Shown here in pieces: positions 1 to 13,377 of a stretch of 64,000 bases of DNA. Within the stretch, counting starts at the first letter, position 1; every line of letters starts with the position of its first letter. Below the pieces are notes generated by a model, which was not told the origin of the DNA, did not search any database, and was given only the letters and a program-made list of their open reading frames with translations. The position numbers and the translations under genes were made by a program. The stretch comes from Epiperipatus broadwayi (lineage: Eukaryota; Animalia; Onychophora): NCBI GenBank assembly GCA_028023455.1, contig JAQFVV010000002.1, forward strand, positions 4,588,001 to 4,652,000. The letters are read 5' to 3'.

Positions 1-2716
1 CACATAATATTGTAAATACATATTAATTAATATAGTATAGTGGTCATACTACTATAAGAATAACAAGAGCAACAATTAGAAAAACTGCTTCTAATTGCCG
101 CCCTGTAATTTATTTTTTTAGAGACATAAATAATGCTCCAGAAAATTAAAAATATGCAACTTACCCCCATCCAAAGATATCTAAGATTCATAAATATTTT
201 ATCATTCAATATAGATCACATTACATGAAAATTCCCCATCTTACAGAGTATTAGCACTGGATCATGAAATACACAGATGAATTACAATGCTAAATCCACC
301 ACACACCAGTCAACAAAATATATGCAAGCTTACCTAGCATACAACAATATCTGTAACAATCTCAAGAATTACCTGGCAATAAAAAAAGTAAAATCTGCCC
401 AGCCAACAACATACATGGACAAGAAAATACTTTCACTGGGCCTTGGTCTATCCATCTACTGTTAGAGTGCCAAATGAGGGGGTCACATATACAGGAAATA
501 ACATGTTAAAACAAATCTACAATCATTTAAAAAAAAATCTACAAGTCTATCCCCAGTCCAACCTCTTCCTGATGTGTTTGGAAAATCAGAAACAAACAAC
601 CCATTTAACATCACAGAATTTGCTGCTAAACTGGCCACAATACCTAATACATATCACCCAGGAATACATGTCATACAAAAATTTGTTCTTGCACATTTCA
701 GCCAGTTCATTTTCCAATACTTGTGTGATCTTTCAAATCACTTATCACAGAAGGGTTTACACCCAATTGTAATATTCCCCTTCAACAAAAAACAAGCCTC
801 TATATCAACACTCTCCAACCTCTGACGTACCTCAATGGGACCACTTACTATTAAAATAATTTAAAAAGTGCTCAAGGATAGACTAGAGATACACATTCTA
901 CCACTAATATCAAATAGCCAGTTTGCAAAGATGCAATCATCTACTGCACAAGCTGCAATGATCTTCAAAACAGTTTGAACTCAGTTTGGGACCAGAAAAA
1001 TATGCACCAGTTTCAGTTCAACTTGATATAGAGGCAGCTTTTGATTCAATTGACATTTTAATACATTAATCAACATGTTAGCTATACCACAATCCCATGC
1101 ACTCATCTGTATCTGTGTACTAACCTCCTACTAAGCAATGAAATCTATATCACACTCAATGTCAAAAATTCTCCATCATTTATCCCCACACAATTCATAT
1201 CCCAAGGTTCACCACTCAGCTCACTACTATTTACCTTTTACATCAAACTGTTCATACTTAAAATCCAACAAAATATCAAAGGCATACAGATGTCAGGCAC
1301 AACACAACATATAGCCTGCATTGCATATATGGATGACATTACAGTCTTCCTTCTTTTTAGAAAGCAGATACCAATGCTACAGAAAATGTTTCAAGACTAT
1401 GAATCAAACACCATCTCAAATTTAATCAGAATAAAACTGCCACCTGGTAACTCTACACAAGTAAACCATGCACACAAACTTTCCAAAGCAAATCATCAGC
1501 ATTACTTGGTTTTCCCTTCTATATGGGGACAAATGCAATGAAACACAAAATATAAAACAAGTTAAAAGATGAAGCAGAATGGATCACCACTTCTCTATCA
1601 AAGCATATCTCTCAATATATGTTAAAGTACAATTGTTCAGCAAACTAGTGATCACCAAAATAATTTACTATTCTCCCATAATTCAATTCTCAAAAGCTTT
1701 CACATCAAAAATGTCTTCATAATGCAATAAACATCTATGAAATAGAAAGACAGTGTTAATATCTGCAAAATATTTTAGTCATCCAACAGAACACAATGGT
1801 TTGGGGCTACACAATACAGAAGACCAAAAACCTTATAATAGCCTCCCTCAGACATTTTTCAGAACTTCAATGTCTAATCCAAATAATACCTATAGACCAA
1901 TCTCCACCTTCATCTGTTATCAACTAGTTTAGATCCACACATACTCAAATATCTCTCCAAACAGCAACAAAATATTCATTTGGCAGATCTATGCACTGTT
2001 ATACCCTGGACATACACCAGATATTTCCACCCAGATACTCAGAATAAACAACTGACAGCTGCTTAAAGAATTTAAAAAATAGTCCATGACGCCCAAATTT
2101 TTTGATTTCCTAAATCTTTATGCCTTACCAACATGATACTTTCTAAGATACAGATGCTTGTATTCGAAAATAGGCCCCTTCTGCACACTATGCCACTAAG
2201 CAGAAGAAACTCAACAACATCTGTCTTACAACTGCTTGTCATTAAACAATATTCAGTATGAAATAACTAGCACATACAGACAACCAAAAAACTCCCTGCA
2301 GGATATTATCAGTGCAATATACACCCCTATAATCTGTGCAGCAACTTTCATGCTCTATGCATTTTAGTTCACATGATGCACATTCGCTTTTGGCAATAAT
2401 ACTAGGTGACATACATCAACATTTCATAATAAATTAGCACAATTAAAAAACAGAGACAATAAAATAGCACATCCAGACATTTTCACAGCCACTTGGTCAC
2501 TCATAAAACAATGTTCAAATCTCTAATCAGGAAAGTTCAGTCCTTTTTCAAATCACTTAATATACTCGAAAAGCAAGTGCAAGAAAATGGACATCACAAA
2601 ATTCAGAAATTGATATATAATAATAAAATCTATACACAATGTTGCTAGTAGAAACATATGCCAGCTTGCAAAACCAATATCTAAAGACTAACAAACTGTT
2701 ACAAAACATATATGCA
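1..2716 (+). mobile_element. Degenerate L1-clade non-LTR retrotransposon, ORF2 3' portion (RT and C-terminal zinc finger), running off the window's left edge
   Basis: RT motifs read by eye: LDIEAAFDSI (1022-1051), SQGSPLSSLLF (1200-1232), AYMDDITVF (1323-1349; in track ORF 1290..1541). zf-RVT-like C-T-L-C-H-*-AEETQQHLSYNC at ~2180-2234. Many stops and frameshifts; ends at an (AT)n(GT)n tract. Confidence 0.85.
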
Positions 2717-2750
<34 letters not shown>

Positions 2751-2752
2751 TT
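2717..2752. repeat. Compound (AT)n(GT)n microsatellite
   Basis: atatatatatatatatatatgtgtgtgtgtgt; much shorter at the equivalent copy B position (~7559-7571). Confidence 0.95.
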
Positions 2753-3849
2753 ACCATATACATGTGTCTTAATTATCAAATGCAAATAAGATAACTTTGA
2801 GAAACAATTTAAAGAAAATTAATGGAATTAAAAAAAAATGAACAGAAGCAATATAAATTTAGTATTATAACCTATAACAGATAATCTGTTGCTCACCCAG
2901 TTTATATCTGTAAAAACTTATAAAGAACTTAGATAGACACAATATACAATAATCTTCAGGAACATCAATGTAAATGCATGTATATGGAAAGTATTAATGT
3001 AACCTGCTTTTCTAGTCTAAATAAAGTTCCTTTTTGAAACATAATAATAACAACAACTGCTCCTCCTCCTATTACTACTATTACTATTATTATATGCCTT
3101 TATGTTATATTGATAGGTCATCCAAGTCTCACCCCATACATCAAGTTACAAATATTAGCTTTATATACAACAAACTACAATCTTTAAATTACTGGAATGA
3201 AACACATTACCTTTTAACTTCTTAAAACAAGCATCACATTTTAATTTGTGCTGCATTATTCTCTAGTTAATAGCCACTCAAGACAAAAGTAGCTTAAGAT
3301 TTTTTGTTTCCTCATTGGTTGACAAAGGGCATGGGTTTTTTAAAACATGAAGGCCTTTTATCACCTGCTTCTATCACAGGAATCCAGTTTACATGTTGCT
3401 ATTTTGGAGACATACTCTTTTTTTCATCACATCTGTGCTATAATGTAAGCTTTAATTAAAATGGAAGTAACCTCCATTGAGTTATGTAATGTCAACAACT
3501 ACATAAATCAGTGGGAGGTAATTACTTTCATTTTAATTACATATATTTAAAAGTTATGATTATTTATTATTATATTATAAGCTTTAGTAATTACTAGATG
3601 CCATATGGCAGTACTTAATACATACCCATTAGATCTGTGTTTTCCTATCCAATATTCCTAGACTAGTTTTCAATTTATAAATTTCTAGCAGCTATTATTT
3701 ATTCTCCATTCTACTATCAAGCTCTATCCTTTTGTAGCTTCAAAGCTCTTCACTGATGAAATTCAGAAACTAGAAACTGGTTTGGGAATATTAAATGAAA
3801 TAGTACTGGACATTTATTTATTAAGTACTATCATCTGGCATTTATTACT

Positions 3850-5240
3850 TACTAAAGCTTAAATTACATGGCACAGAATGTGAAAAAAAATATAACAGCA
3901 ATGTGTAAGCTGGAGTCATGATATTTTCTTGATTTTATACTAGTCCTAGCCACAGGAAAGACATCATAACATATAAATAATGAACTGGAATTTTGTAAGA
4001 AGAATAAGTTGTGATTACAATCACTTGGGTGTATAAATCATCCAAGAAGATTGTATAAATGGAAAGCTCTAGATGATAAGGAATGATATCACATAGAGTA
4101 TACATTAGCACAGAATAAATATAAGAATGCTATTAAGAGTTTGCATACTTTGCCTAGCGCTAATATAAGCTGATCACAATATAGTTATGACTAAATTAAA
4201 ATTGATCTTAAAAAGAAAAAGTGAAAAGACATGTAAGACGAGACTTAAAAAATTGATAGAAATAGAGAATAGAAAGATTTGGTTTCTTATGTGAAATTAT
4301 AATAAAGAGAATTAATAAAGTTGAGGAATATGTAAATAATTCTTATGAATGTTGATTTAGGATTATAGAGGAAATATTAAAAATAGCAAAAAATGAAATA
4401 GGAACTATTCAGCTGAAAAAAACCTAAATGAGATATGTTGGAAAATCTGAAAGAATGGATAAGATGAAAGAATGTCAATACTGAGAAAGGGCAAAGAGTA
4501 TATAAAAAATAATAAATTAATGAGAGAAACAGATTTAGCAAAAGATAAAATGATTAGACAAAAATGTAGGGAGATAGAAGTGCTTTAACAGGAAAAAGGA
4601 AATGATCTGGTATTTGAAAATATTAGAAATGTAACTTGATGAGAAAATGATTAACAAGTGAAATATCTGATAAGAATGGAAATGGATTAACTGATAGTGA
4701 TGATGTATTGAACAGGTTTAAAAAATAACTTCAATATTTATTTATAAATAGAATAATGAATTAATTATGTATTTGTTGGAGTAAATGTTAAATTGTGGAC
4801 ATTATTGGAAAAAGAAGTAATAAAGTTGATTAAAGAAATGAAAAATAGTAATGCTGTTGGATTTGATACAATACCTACAGAATTTTAAAAGAAATGGTAT
4901 AGACTACTATTATAGAAGTAATTGGACTATGCAATTTGATATATAGTAGTGGACTTTGGCCTGAAAATTTCTTGAGGAATATAATTATTCCAATTTCTAA
5001 AAATTAAGAAAGCTGTTAGATGTGAAGAGTATAGGTAAATAAGTTTATTATTTCATGCTTTAACAAACATTGAGAATTTTTAACTCAAGAAATTTCTGGA
5101 AAGTAGAATATTAAATTGGAGAAGACCAGTTTGATTTTCAGAGGAGCCAAAAATACAAGGGATGCTATTAGTGTTGTTAAAACAATTTCAGAGAGATGTA
5201 TTGAAAAAGATAAATGAATGTGTATATTGTTTTCCTGAAG
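3850..5240 (+). mobile_element. Highly degenerate RTE-like LINE ORF2 fragment (duplicated at ~12800-14400)
   Basis: Decayed motifs: NSNAVGFDTIPTEF (KAxGxDxIPxE), WPENFLRNIIIPISK, CEEYR*ISLL, EDQFDFQRSQNTRDAI (QFGF-R-x-T-DAI), typical of the RT N-terminus of RTE-group LINEs. Confidence 0.7.
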
Positions 5241-5689
5241 ATTTGTGATGATGGTATTTTAGTTGTATTTATATATTGAACTATTTCCAATATCTAATAT
5301 TTCAATTTTCAAATTACATTCAACTGTTAGTAATAACACACAGATTAATATATGTACAATGTTTTGAGAGGTATTATTATTCTTTTTTCTTCAGGAGTCC
5401 TGAACTGTTAGATTTTTGAATATAGATAGGTTTTTTTAAGGTAATGCTCTAATCAGCTGAACCATCCTGACAAAGGCAACAGTCAGTAGAAATTTTATAT
5501 ACTTATCTATGAGGTTCCTCCTGATTTTACCTCTTTTTCCTAAGAGCAAGGTTGATTAGTGGCTTTCCTACATTATGTATAGTCACAATGGGGTAGGGTA
5601 TTTTAATTGGACTTTTCTCATCATCTAATATTAAGCATTGAACATCATTAGAAAAAATTATTTAAATTTTCCAATTACATTCAATAGTT

Positions 5690-5822
5690 ATTCCCCTCTC
5701 TTATCCATGTGTTGCTGGTCTGATTAGTGACAGTAATAGTCTTGGAATTGAATCTGGACCTTTAGATTCTTGAATGTTGAATTTTAAGGTAACATTATAA
5801 CCAACTGAGCTATCTAAAACTA
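5690..5822 (-). mobile_element. tRNA-derived SINE head (duplicated at ~14850-14982)
   Basis: Minus strand: Pol III A-box TAGCTCAGTTGG (5812-5801) and B-box-like GATTCAATTCC (5754-5744). No intact cloverleaf, so a SINE or pseudo-tRNA. Confidence 0.6.
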
Positions 5823-6864
5823 TATTACATCTTTGGTAACTTTATTTATGAATAGTAATAACAATAAAATTCTTGAATGTTTCTTTTCTGCACTGAATAA
5901 CAATAATATTTCATTTTAATTACTATAATCTTATCTATGCCTTTTATATTTAAAACTTGGAATAGTACAAACTGTCTTAAAATCAGACAGCACAACTTCA
6001 TAAGTTCAAATATTTCTAAAAATTCCAATGTTTTAAAATTTCTCCAGATATTTATCTAATTAGAACCTATAGCATTTCTACTTTTAAAATTATAAAGAGC
6101 TGTTTTAGCGTCACTAAACTGGATATTGGCTATGAAAATCTAAATGAGTACATAAAATGAGGTTATTATTAAGTGTCATATATGTACAACAATTTTATTA
6201 AGAGCAAAGCTTTATTAATAATAAAAATACTGTCTTAACATGCGTTCAACAGATAATTGGCATAGATGTAGCAATACTTCTGACAGAGATAGAAGAAAGC
6301 TAACAAATTAGCATAATATTTGCATAGTGCATTAATTAGTTAGAGCAAGCCACTTTTTTGGAAAGAGGAATACAATAGTCTTCCCTATTGATGGTATAAT
6401 TGTCCTTGGAAATGTACCAAGCCTGCTTGATCTTTCATATGACATCATTGTATTCTCATCAAATGACATTGAAACATGTGGGTTTGAATTGATAACTGGA
6501 GTTAGTGAAATGCTCATTTTAATTTTTATCACTCTCCAAAAAATATTCAGTATACTTTCTTCACCTATTTGAAATATCAGTGTTATTTTATAATATACAA
6601 TACATGGATATCAGTGTATAACTTATCTTGTTTGAAGTCTTAATGTACTAATCATTTTAACTTTTCTTGTCAGTTATTTAAATTCAGTCTTTAAAATTTT
6701 TATATTCATTATGAAGCTTTTTTTAATCATTTATTATTCTGCCAAATAGAAAATGTCAGATGATTTCATTTTAATTAATATATTAATAATATGATCATTG
6801 ACAGAAATTCTTTCTTTTAGTGAAGCCAAGAATAGATTTATTTGTATCTGGAACACCTTCTTTA

Positions 6865-7364
6865 NNNNNNNNNNNNNNNNNNNNNNNNNNNNNNNNNNNN
6901 NNNNNNNNNNNNNNNNNNNNNNNNNNNNNNNNNNNNNNNNNNNNNNNNNNNNNNNNNNNNNNNNNNNNNNNNNNNNNNNNNNNNNNNNNNNNNNNNNNNN
7001 NNNNNNNNNNNNNNNNNNNNNNNNNNNNNNNNNNNNNNNNNNNNNNNNNNNNNNNNNNNNNNNNNNNNNNNNNNNNNNNNNNNNNNNNNNNNNNNNNNNN
7101 NNNNNNNNNNNNNNNNNNNNNNNNNNNNNNNNNNNNNNNNNNNNNNNNNNNNNNNNNNNNNNNNNNNNNNNNNNNNNNNNNNNNNNNNNNNNNNNNNNNN
7201 NNNNNNNNNNNNNNNNNNNNNNNNNNNNNNNNNNNNNNNNNNNNNNNNNNNNNNNNNNNNNNNNNNNNNNNNNNNNNNNNNNNNNNNNNNNNNNNNNNNN
7301 NNNNNNNNNNNNNNNNNNNNNNNNNNNNNNNNNNNNNNNNNNNNNNNNNNNNNNNNNNNNNNNN
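6865..7364. other. Assembly gap (500 N)
   Basis: Run of N. The track ORFs 6798..7463, 6820..7491 and 6842..7372 are artefacts of reading through it. Confidence 1.
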
Positions 7365-8660
7365 ATCTCTAATCAGGAAAGTTCGTCCTTTTTCAAATCA
7401 CTTAATATACTCGAAAAGCAAGTGCAAAAATGGACATCACAAAATTCAGAAATCGATATATAATAATAAAATCTATACACAATGTTGCTAGTAGAAACAT
7501 ATGCCAGCTTGCAAAACCAATATCTAAAGACTAACAAACTGTTACAAAACATATATGCAATATATATGTGTTTACCATATACATGTGTCTTAATTGTCAA
7601 ATGCAAATAAGATAACTTTGAGAAACAATTTAAAGAAAATTAATGGAATTAAAAAAAAATGAACAGAAGCAATATAAATTTAGTATTATAACCTGCACAT
7701 AATCTGTTGCTCACCCAGTTTATATCTGTAAAGACTTATAAAAAACTTAGATAGACACAATAAACAATAATCTTCAGGAACATCAATGTAAATGCATGTA
7801 TATGGAAAGTATTAATGTAACCTGCTCTTTTAGTCTAAATAAAGTTCCTTTTTGAAACATAATAATAACTACTGCTCCTCCTCCTATTACTAATATTACT
7901 ATTATTATATGCCTTTATGTTATATTGATAGGTCATCCAAGTCTCACCCCATACATCAAGTTACAAATATTAGCTTTATATACAACAAACTACAATCTTT
8001 AAATTACTGGAATGAAACACATTACCTTTTAACTTCTTAAAACCAGCATCACATTTTAATTTGTGCTGCATTATTCTCTAGTTAATAGCCACTCGAGACA
8101 AAAGTAGCTTAAGATTTTTTGTTTCCTCATTGGTTAACAAAGGGCATGGGTTTTTTAAAACATGAAGTCCTTTTATCACATGCTTCTATCACAGGAATCC
8201 AGTTTACATGTTGCTATTTTGGAGACATACTCTTTTTTTCATCACAGCTGTGCTATAATGTAAGCTTTAATTAAAATGGAAGTAACCTCCATTGAGTTAT
8301 GTAATGTCAACAACTACATAAATCAGTGGGAGGTAATTACTTTCATTTTAATTACATGTATTTAAAAGTTATGATTATTTATTATTATATTATAAGCTTT
8401 AGTAATTACTAGATGCCATATGGCAGTACTTTAATACATACCCATTAGATCTGTGTTTTCCTATCCAATATTCCTAGACTAGTTTTCAATTTATAAATTT
8501 CTAGCAGCTATTATTTTTTTTTATTTAAAAAAACTATATTTACATTTGATTCAGTACATACATCGTAACAATCATTACTTTAAAAATAAATTAAGTTCAA
8601 ATGTATCCAGTAAATTACATTATCTCCACCTTTCATTTAATCAGTGTTCTGTAAGAGCAT

Positions 8661-11600
8661 TCAGCTCCACATTTCCACACCTTGTAGGAACATAACCACC
8701 CCATACCAATAAAAACGTTTTCTTGGCCAAAATTTCAAACCTTTATAAAACATGTCATCCCATTCTTTTTCCATTTTTTTTTTCCAATATATCTTCTTGT
8801 TATCAAAGATCAGAGCACACCTAGATATCCATATTGCTTTCATTACATGCACAATAACTATGGCATTATGGGGCTTGAATAAAACAATGTTTTCTTTAAA
8901 TAAGAGTCTTAGATTCACAATAGGCTTATGAAAGACCATAGATCTCAAATCACTAAAGGCTGTACATTCCTCCATCAGGTCAAGAAAGGTCTCGTCGGAT
9001 CTGTTACAGCATTTGCATAGATCATCCAGGCCCATTTTCAGCCTGTTACAGCATTTGCATAGATCATCCAGGCCCATTTTCAGCCTTTGGTTTAAAAAAG
9101 TGGTGGTTGGCAAAATTCAATTTATCAATCTGAAAATAAATTTCATAACAGACTGTGATGTACAAATAGATTGGAAATTTTTTAGAATTTTTTTTAATGA
9201 GGCATTGAGCCAGGAGTTTTCATTAGAAAGCTCTCTATTTTTTAGCTCTTTATATTTTAAATTATCTATGGTCTCTAAGTTTAGATCATCCTGGATATCC
9301 CTGTATGCAATCATCATATCATCAAAATAAGATACTCCGTCCGACCCCAGGTTAGAATCTATATTAATATTCTGTGTTAGCGGCCTGAGCGAATTATCGT
9401 CAATGATCCTTAAATAAGCTCTTGCCTTAATGAAGCTCACCAATGACTTAGGGTCAATTAAATTGAGACCCCCTTCTCCAATCTTGGCAGCTGCATTATT
9501 TTAGTAGGTATCAGGCTATACTTCTTACCCCAAATATATCTTTTTGCCAATTGAATGATCTTAAGACTAGTGGCATTAAAGATTTTCATCCATGGTCCAT
9601 AGTAAAAGAGCACACCAACAGCAATAGCGTTAAAAACCTTTGCTCTGGTTGTTTCATACAATTTAAATGGGGAAAAGGCATTTATTTTAGTTTCGATGAT
9701 TTTTACAACCAGTTTGTTCAAATGGGCACTCATTTTAGTTTTAGACAGATAGAGAGGCAACCCTAGAAAGGAGGAAGGCATGCCCAAGAAGTCACATGGG
9801 GATTCTCTTGGCAGTGGCCAATTGCCATGCAGCCGACTTGGAAGATTGAATACATGAGCCTGTAGAGATCTGAAATTTATTTAAGATGTTAAAGATTCTA
9901 TGCACACTGGCCACATTCTTGAATATAATAATAACATCATCGACAAAGGCAGTGACATGAACAAAGGCACCAAGCTGAGGTAAGAAAATCCCATTGGTTG
10001 AGGCTTCTATTTCCCTAATCATTGGATCCAGATAAATGGCAAAGAGGAGGGCTGCCAGGAGGAGACCCCTGTGGGATCCCCTTGACGGAACAAAGAAATT
10101 CCGAACGCCTTGCAAAGTTCTTAAGCGCTCATTCTCCCGTTGGTCACATAATTGTTGATCGCTGTAATTAGATTCTCCTCACCCTCCATAAGTGGTGCCA
10201 ATGAACTAGACAGAAATGACCAATCAACCACATCAAATGCAGATTTAAAGTCTATCTGCATTGCAAAGAATTGAGTTAACTTATTACACCTGGCATATCT
10301 GATTGCATCCTGGATCTTCATAATTGCATCAGTTGCTTTCTTACCTTTAATAGCGTAATGAGCCACTGAAATTCTATTTTTTATTCTATTATACAATTTC
10401 TTCAATATAATTCTAGCAAATATTTTTGAGTCAATGTCCTCGATAGTAATATTACTCAGGTCATTTACATATGGGATGTGTATATTCCTCTTCCGATCTA
10501 CAAAAAATTATTCTGTTATTAATCATTGGCCAATCTATTGGTTGAGCACACAACTGATTGTAATATTTTGCAAGCACTTCAATTATCAAGTAAGATATTG
10601 ATTTATAAATTCTGGCAGGTATAGAATCATGAGCAGTAATTGTGTGATTTGATAGTCTAGTTATTTCCTCACTAATATCCAGGTGTGAGATATACTGCTG
10701 ATCTTTGGCCACCATCATCCTTGGCCAATGGTCTGAATTCCTTTCATCATTTCCCATAGTGTTTTGCAGATTTTTATATATGTGCTGATCCACATGCAGC
10801 CCTGACAAAACCTCTCCATTCTCAGTTTTGACACATGTGATACCTCTAGACTGAGGCACATACACCTTGGCATAGTTCAATGTTGGTTTTATGATGCAGG
10901 CAATATTAGGGAGTATCTTTCGCAATCTTATAGCATATATTTCTTCCTGCATTTTCTCATAGATGTCATTATATTCTTCCTGCAGGGAGTTGATCAATGA
11001 GCGATTATTAGATAGAGTAGTTAAAGAATGCAAGGTTTTAGCAATGTCATTTAGGTGGGATTTCATTTGGTTTTGAGACAAATCCAGTTCCATTCCAGAA
11101 GAACAGACATCAGATATTAAGTTTTTTTCAATCTAATCCAAGCCACACATGGAGACAAGGCTGTTTGCTTAGTGAAGTAACAAGAAGCTACAATTAAATT
11201 CGATCTCTGATCACAGGTCAAATTGAACGAATTACTAATATTTTTTTTTATGCTAAACTGGAAGCTACATTCTGGATCCCCATCATAGAGCCTTACCACC
11301 AACTTTACACGCAGGTGATCAGAGAAAGCAACAATTGAAGTATCAATTTCAACATCTTTTATCTTAGATCTCGAAATGAAAACAAATCAATCAGTGATGA
11401 GTAACGACTATTAAAAAAGGTAAAGGCATTTGCTCCATATTTACTTTGACATGGCAGCACATCAATATCCTGCAACTTATTTTTTAGCTGAACTGGAATG
11501 TCCTGAAACGTGACATTAAAATCCCCTCCAATTATTACTATTCCTGGATGCAGAGTCAAGTGGAACTGCATCTCTTTAATAATTTTGGGCACCTCCCTTC

Positions 11601-11950
11601 CTCTATTTGTCGAATAAATTGCTACAACATAGTGCATCTGTTCTTGCATTTGAAAAGAGATTACTATGTGATTGATCTGCATACTTATGATCCGATCTAT
11701 AGATTTTAGTCTGAATATTAATTAGAATGGCAACACCTTGTGCCGGTCTAATGTTCTGCTTGTACAATAATAGACCTTTCTGTTTAATTTGATCGATAAA
11801 CTGTTCAGGTGTGTTTACATTTATCTTTGTTTCTGTTAGAATAGCAATATCAAATTTTTGTGAAGCAAGATAATCAGTAAGCTTTAGTACCTTGTCATGG
11901 CTGTTGATGCCTCTAACATTAATGGTGACTATATTTAATGACTTATACAT
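8661..11950 (-). pseudogene. ORF2: APE endonuclease, reverse transcriptase and zinc finger, broken by frameshifts and one in-frame stop
   Basis: LNIVTINVRGIN...DIAILTETK, GVAILI, IIGGDFN, AFSDH (~11320); QIDFKSAFDVVDW, RG.-QG-PL-like LLFAIYLDP, AFVDDVII; GEGGLNL; CKCCNRSDETFLDLMEEC. Confidence 0.92.
9001..9084 (-). repeat. In-frame 42-bp tandem duplication in the ORF2 zinc-finger region
   Basis: ctgttacagcatttgcatagatcatccaggcccattttcagc twice, encoding RLKMGLDDLCKCCN twice. Confidence 0.97.
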
Positions 11951-11984
11951 AGTGCGGATCCAAAAATTTCATTGCCTTATACTA

Positions 11985-12648
11985 CTATAGCCACTTTCAT
12001 GACCACAATCATTCATATTAACACCAGTCTCATTATGGTATAGATTTACTATTTCCACTTCCATTTCATTTTGGTTTAGTTTCTCTGTTTCAAGTTCTGA
12101 CTCAGTTATAGATGGGTGCCTTCCAGGGACATTTGACAGAAAATGTTCTATTTGCTTTTTTTTTTCTTTACTTCAGTTTTCTCTATATCAGTTATGTCAA
12201 CATGCTTATTATTATCATTATTGATTATGTTGTTTTCCGTTTTCTCTATATCATTTACCTCAATGTATGTTTCTTCATTTTCCATAATTGCTGAGCTTTC
12301 ATCAACTAGGCACTGCTTCTGTATTTGAGCAGGTGCAGCATTATCTAGTTCAAGATCATCAATAATTTCCTGCTCGTATATAAGTTCTTCATCAGGACTA
12401 TTATTTACAACATTAGCCCAAGATTTTAATGGAGCTATGTTACAGTAGTGATTTAGACGATTGAATTTATTACATTTGACACATGGCCCAGCATCACACA
12501 GAGCTGCAATGTGACCAATACGATTACATCTAAAACAAACGGGTGGCCTACCTTTAATAATAATGGAGATTGGTATATGATCTTTAAAAATTTTATGTGG
12601 GATCTGTTCTCTTGAAATGCCCTTGTTCATTTTCAACACATTGACCAT
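11985..12648 (-). pseudogene. ORF1 (gag-like) C-terminal part with zinc knuckles
   Basis: Track ORF 12148..12648: GRPPVCFRCNRIGHIAALC (C-X2-C-X4-H-X4-C), a second degenerate knuckle CVKCNKFNRLNHYC and an acidic/Asn-rich tail. By eye it continues after frameshifts to a stop near 11985. Confidence 0.85.
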
Positions 12649-12990
12649 GAATTTGAGGGGATTTCTACTATCAAGCTCTATCCTTTTGTAGCTTCAAAGC
12701 TCTTCACTGATGAAATTCAGAAACTAGAAACTGGTTTGGGAATATTAAATGAAATAGTACTGGACATTTATTTATTAAGTACTATCATCTGGCATTTATT
12801 ACTTACTAAAGCTTAAATTACATGGCACAGAATGTGAAAAAAAATATGCTTCTGAAACAGCAATGTGTAAGCTGGAGTCATGATATTTTCTTGATTTTAT
12901 ACTAGTCCTAGCCACAGGAAAGACATCATAACATATAAATAATGAACTGGAATTTTGTAAGAAGAATAAGTTGTGATTACAATCACTTGG

Positions 12991-13377
12991 GTGTATAAAT
13001 CATCCAAGAAGATTGTATAAATGGAAAGCTCTAGATGATAAGGAATAATATCACATAGAGTATACATTAGCACAGGATAAATATAAGAATGCTATTAAGA
13101 GTTTGCATACTTTGCCTAGCACTAATATAAGCTGATCACAATATAGTTATGACTAAATTAAAATTGATCTTAAAAAGAAAAAGTGTATAAATCATCCAAG
13201 AAGATTGTATAAATGGAAAGCTCTAGATGATAAGGAATAATATCACATAGAGTATACATTAGCACAGGATAAATATAAGAATGCTATTAAGAGTTTGCAT
13301 ACTTTGCCTAGCACTAATATAAACTGATCACAATATAGTTATGACTAAATTAAAATTGATCTTAAAAAGAAAAAGTG
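12991..13377. repeat. 192-bp tandem duplication specific to copy B
   Basis: gtgtataaatcatccaag...aaaagaaaaa at 12991-13182 and 13183-13374; single in copy A (~4029-4220); GTG microhomology at the junction. Confidence 0.95.

Larger units (their letters stand above)
2519..6864. repeat. Copy A of a ~4.3-kb duplicated block (empty-site version)
   Basis: 2519-3700 aligns to 7365-8516, and 3709-6864 aligns to 12663-16029, with scattered SNPs and small indels. The same track ORFs recur (5846..6028 vs 15006..15188; 6332..6532 vs 15496..15696). Confidence 0.97.
8517..12662 (-). mobile_element. L1-clade (Tx1-like) non-LTR retrotransposon, 5'-truncated within ORF1, with poly(A) tail
   Basis: Absent from copy A. 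Minus strand order: CCHC gag ORF1, APE endonuclease, RT, zf-RVT, then AATAAA directly followed by an A-run (plus strand ttattttttttttattt at ~8511-8526). Confidence 0.95.

Noticed and set aside
3744-3785. Hammerhead-like cores CTGATGA/CTGAAGA...GAAA here (also 12708, ~51942, ~57968, ~61263)
   Set aside because: No convincing stem II or stems I/III could be paired by eye. At most these are decayed Penelope-associated motifs.
6798-7491. Three long ORFs (176-223 aa) in the track
   Set aside because: Almost entirely X; they only read through the N gap.
9013-9766. Plus-strand ORFs 9013..9330 and 9551..9766 (also 61993..62367) as separate genes
   Set aside because: Antisense shadows of LINE ORF2, with no independent motifs.
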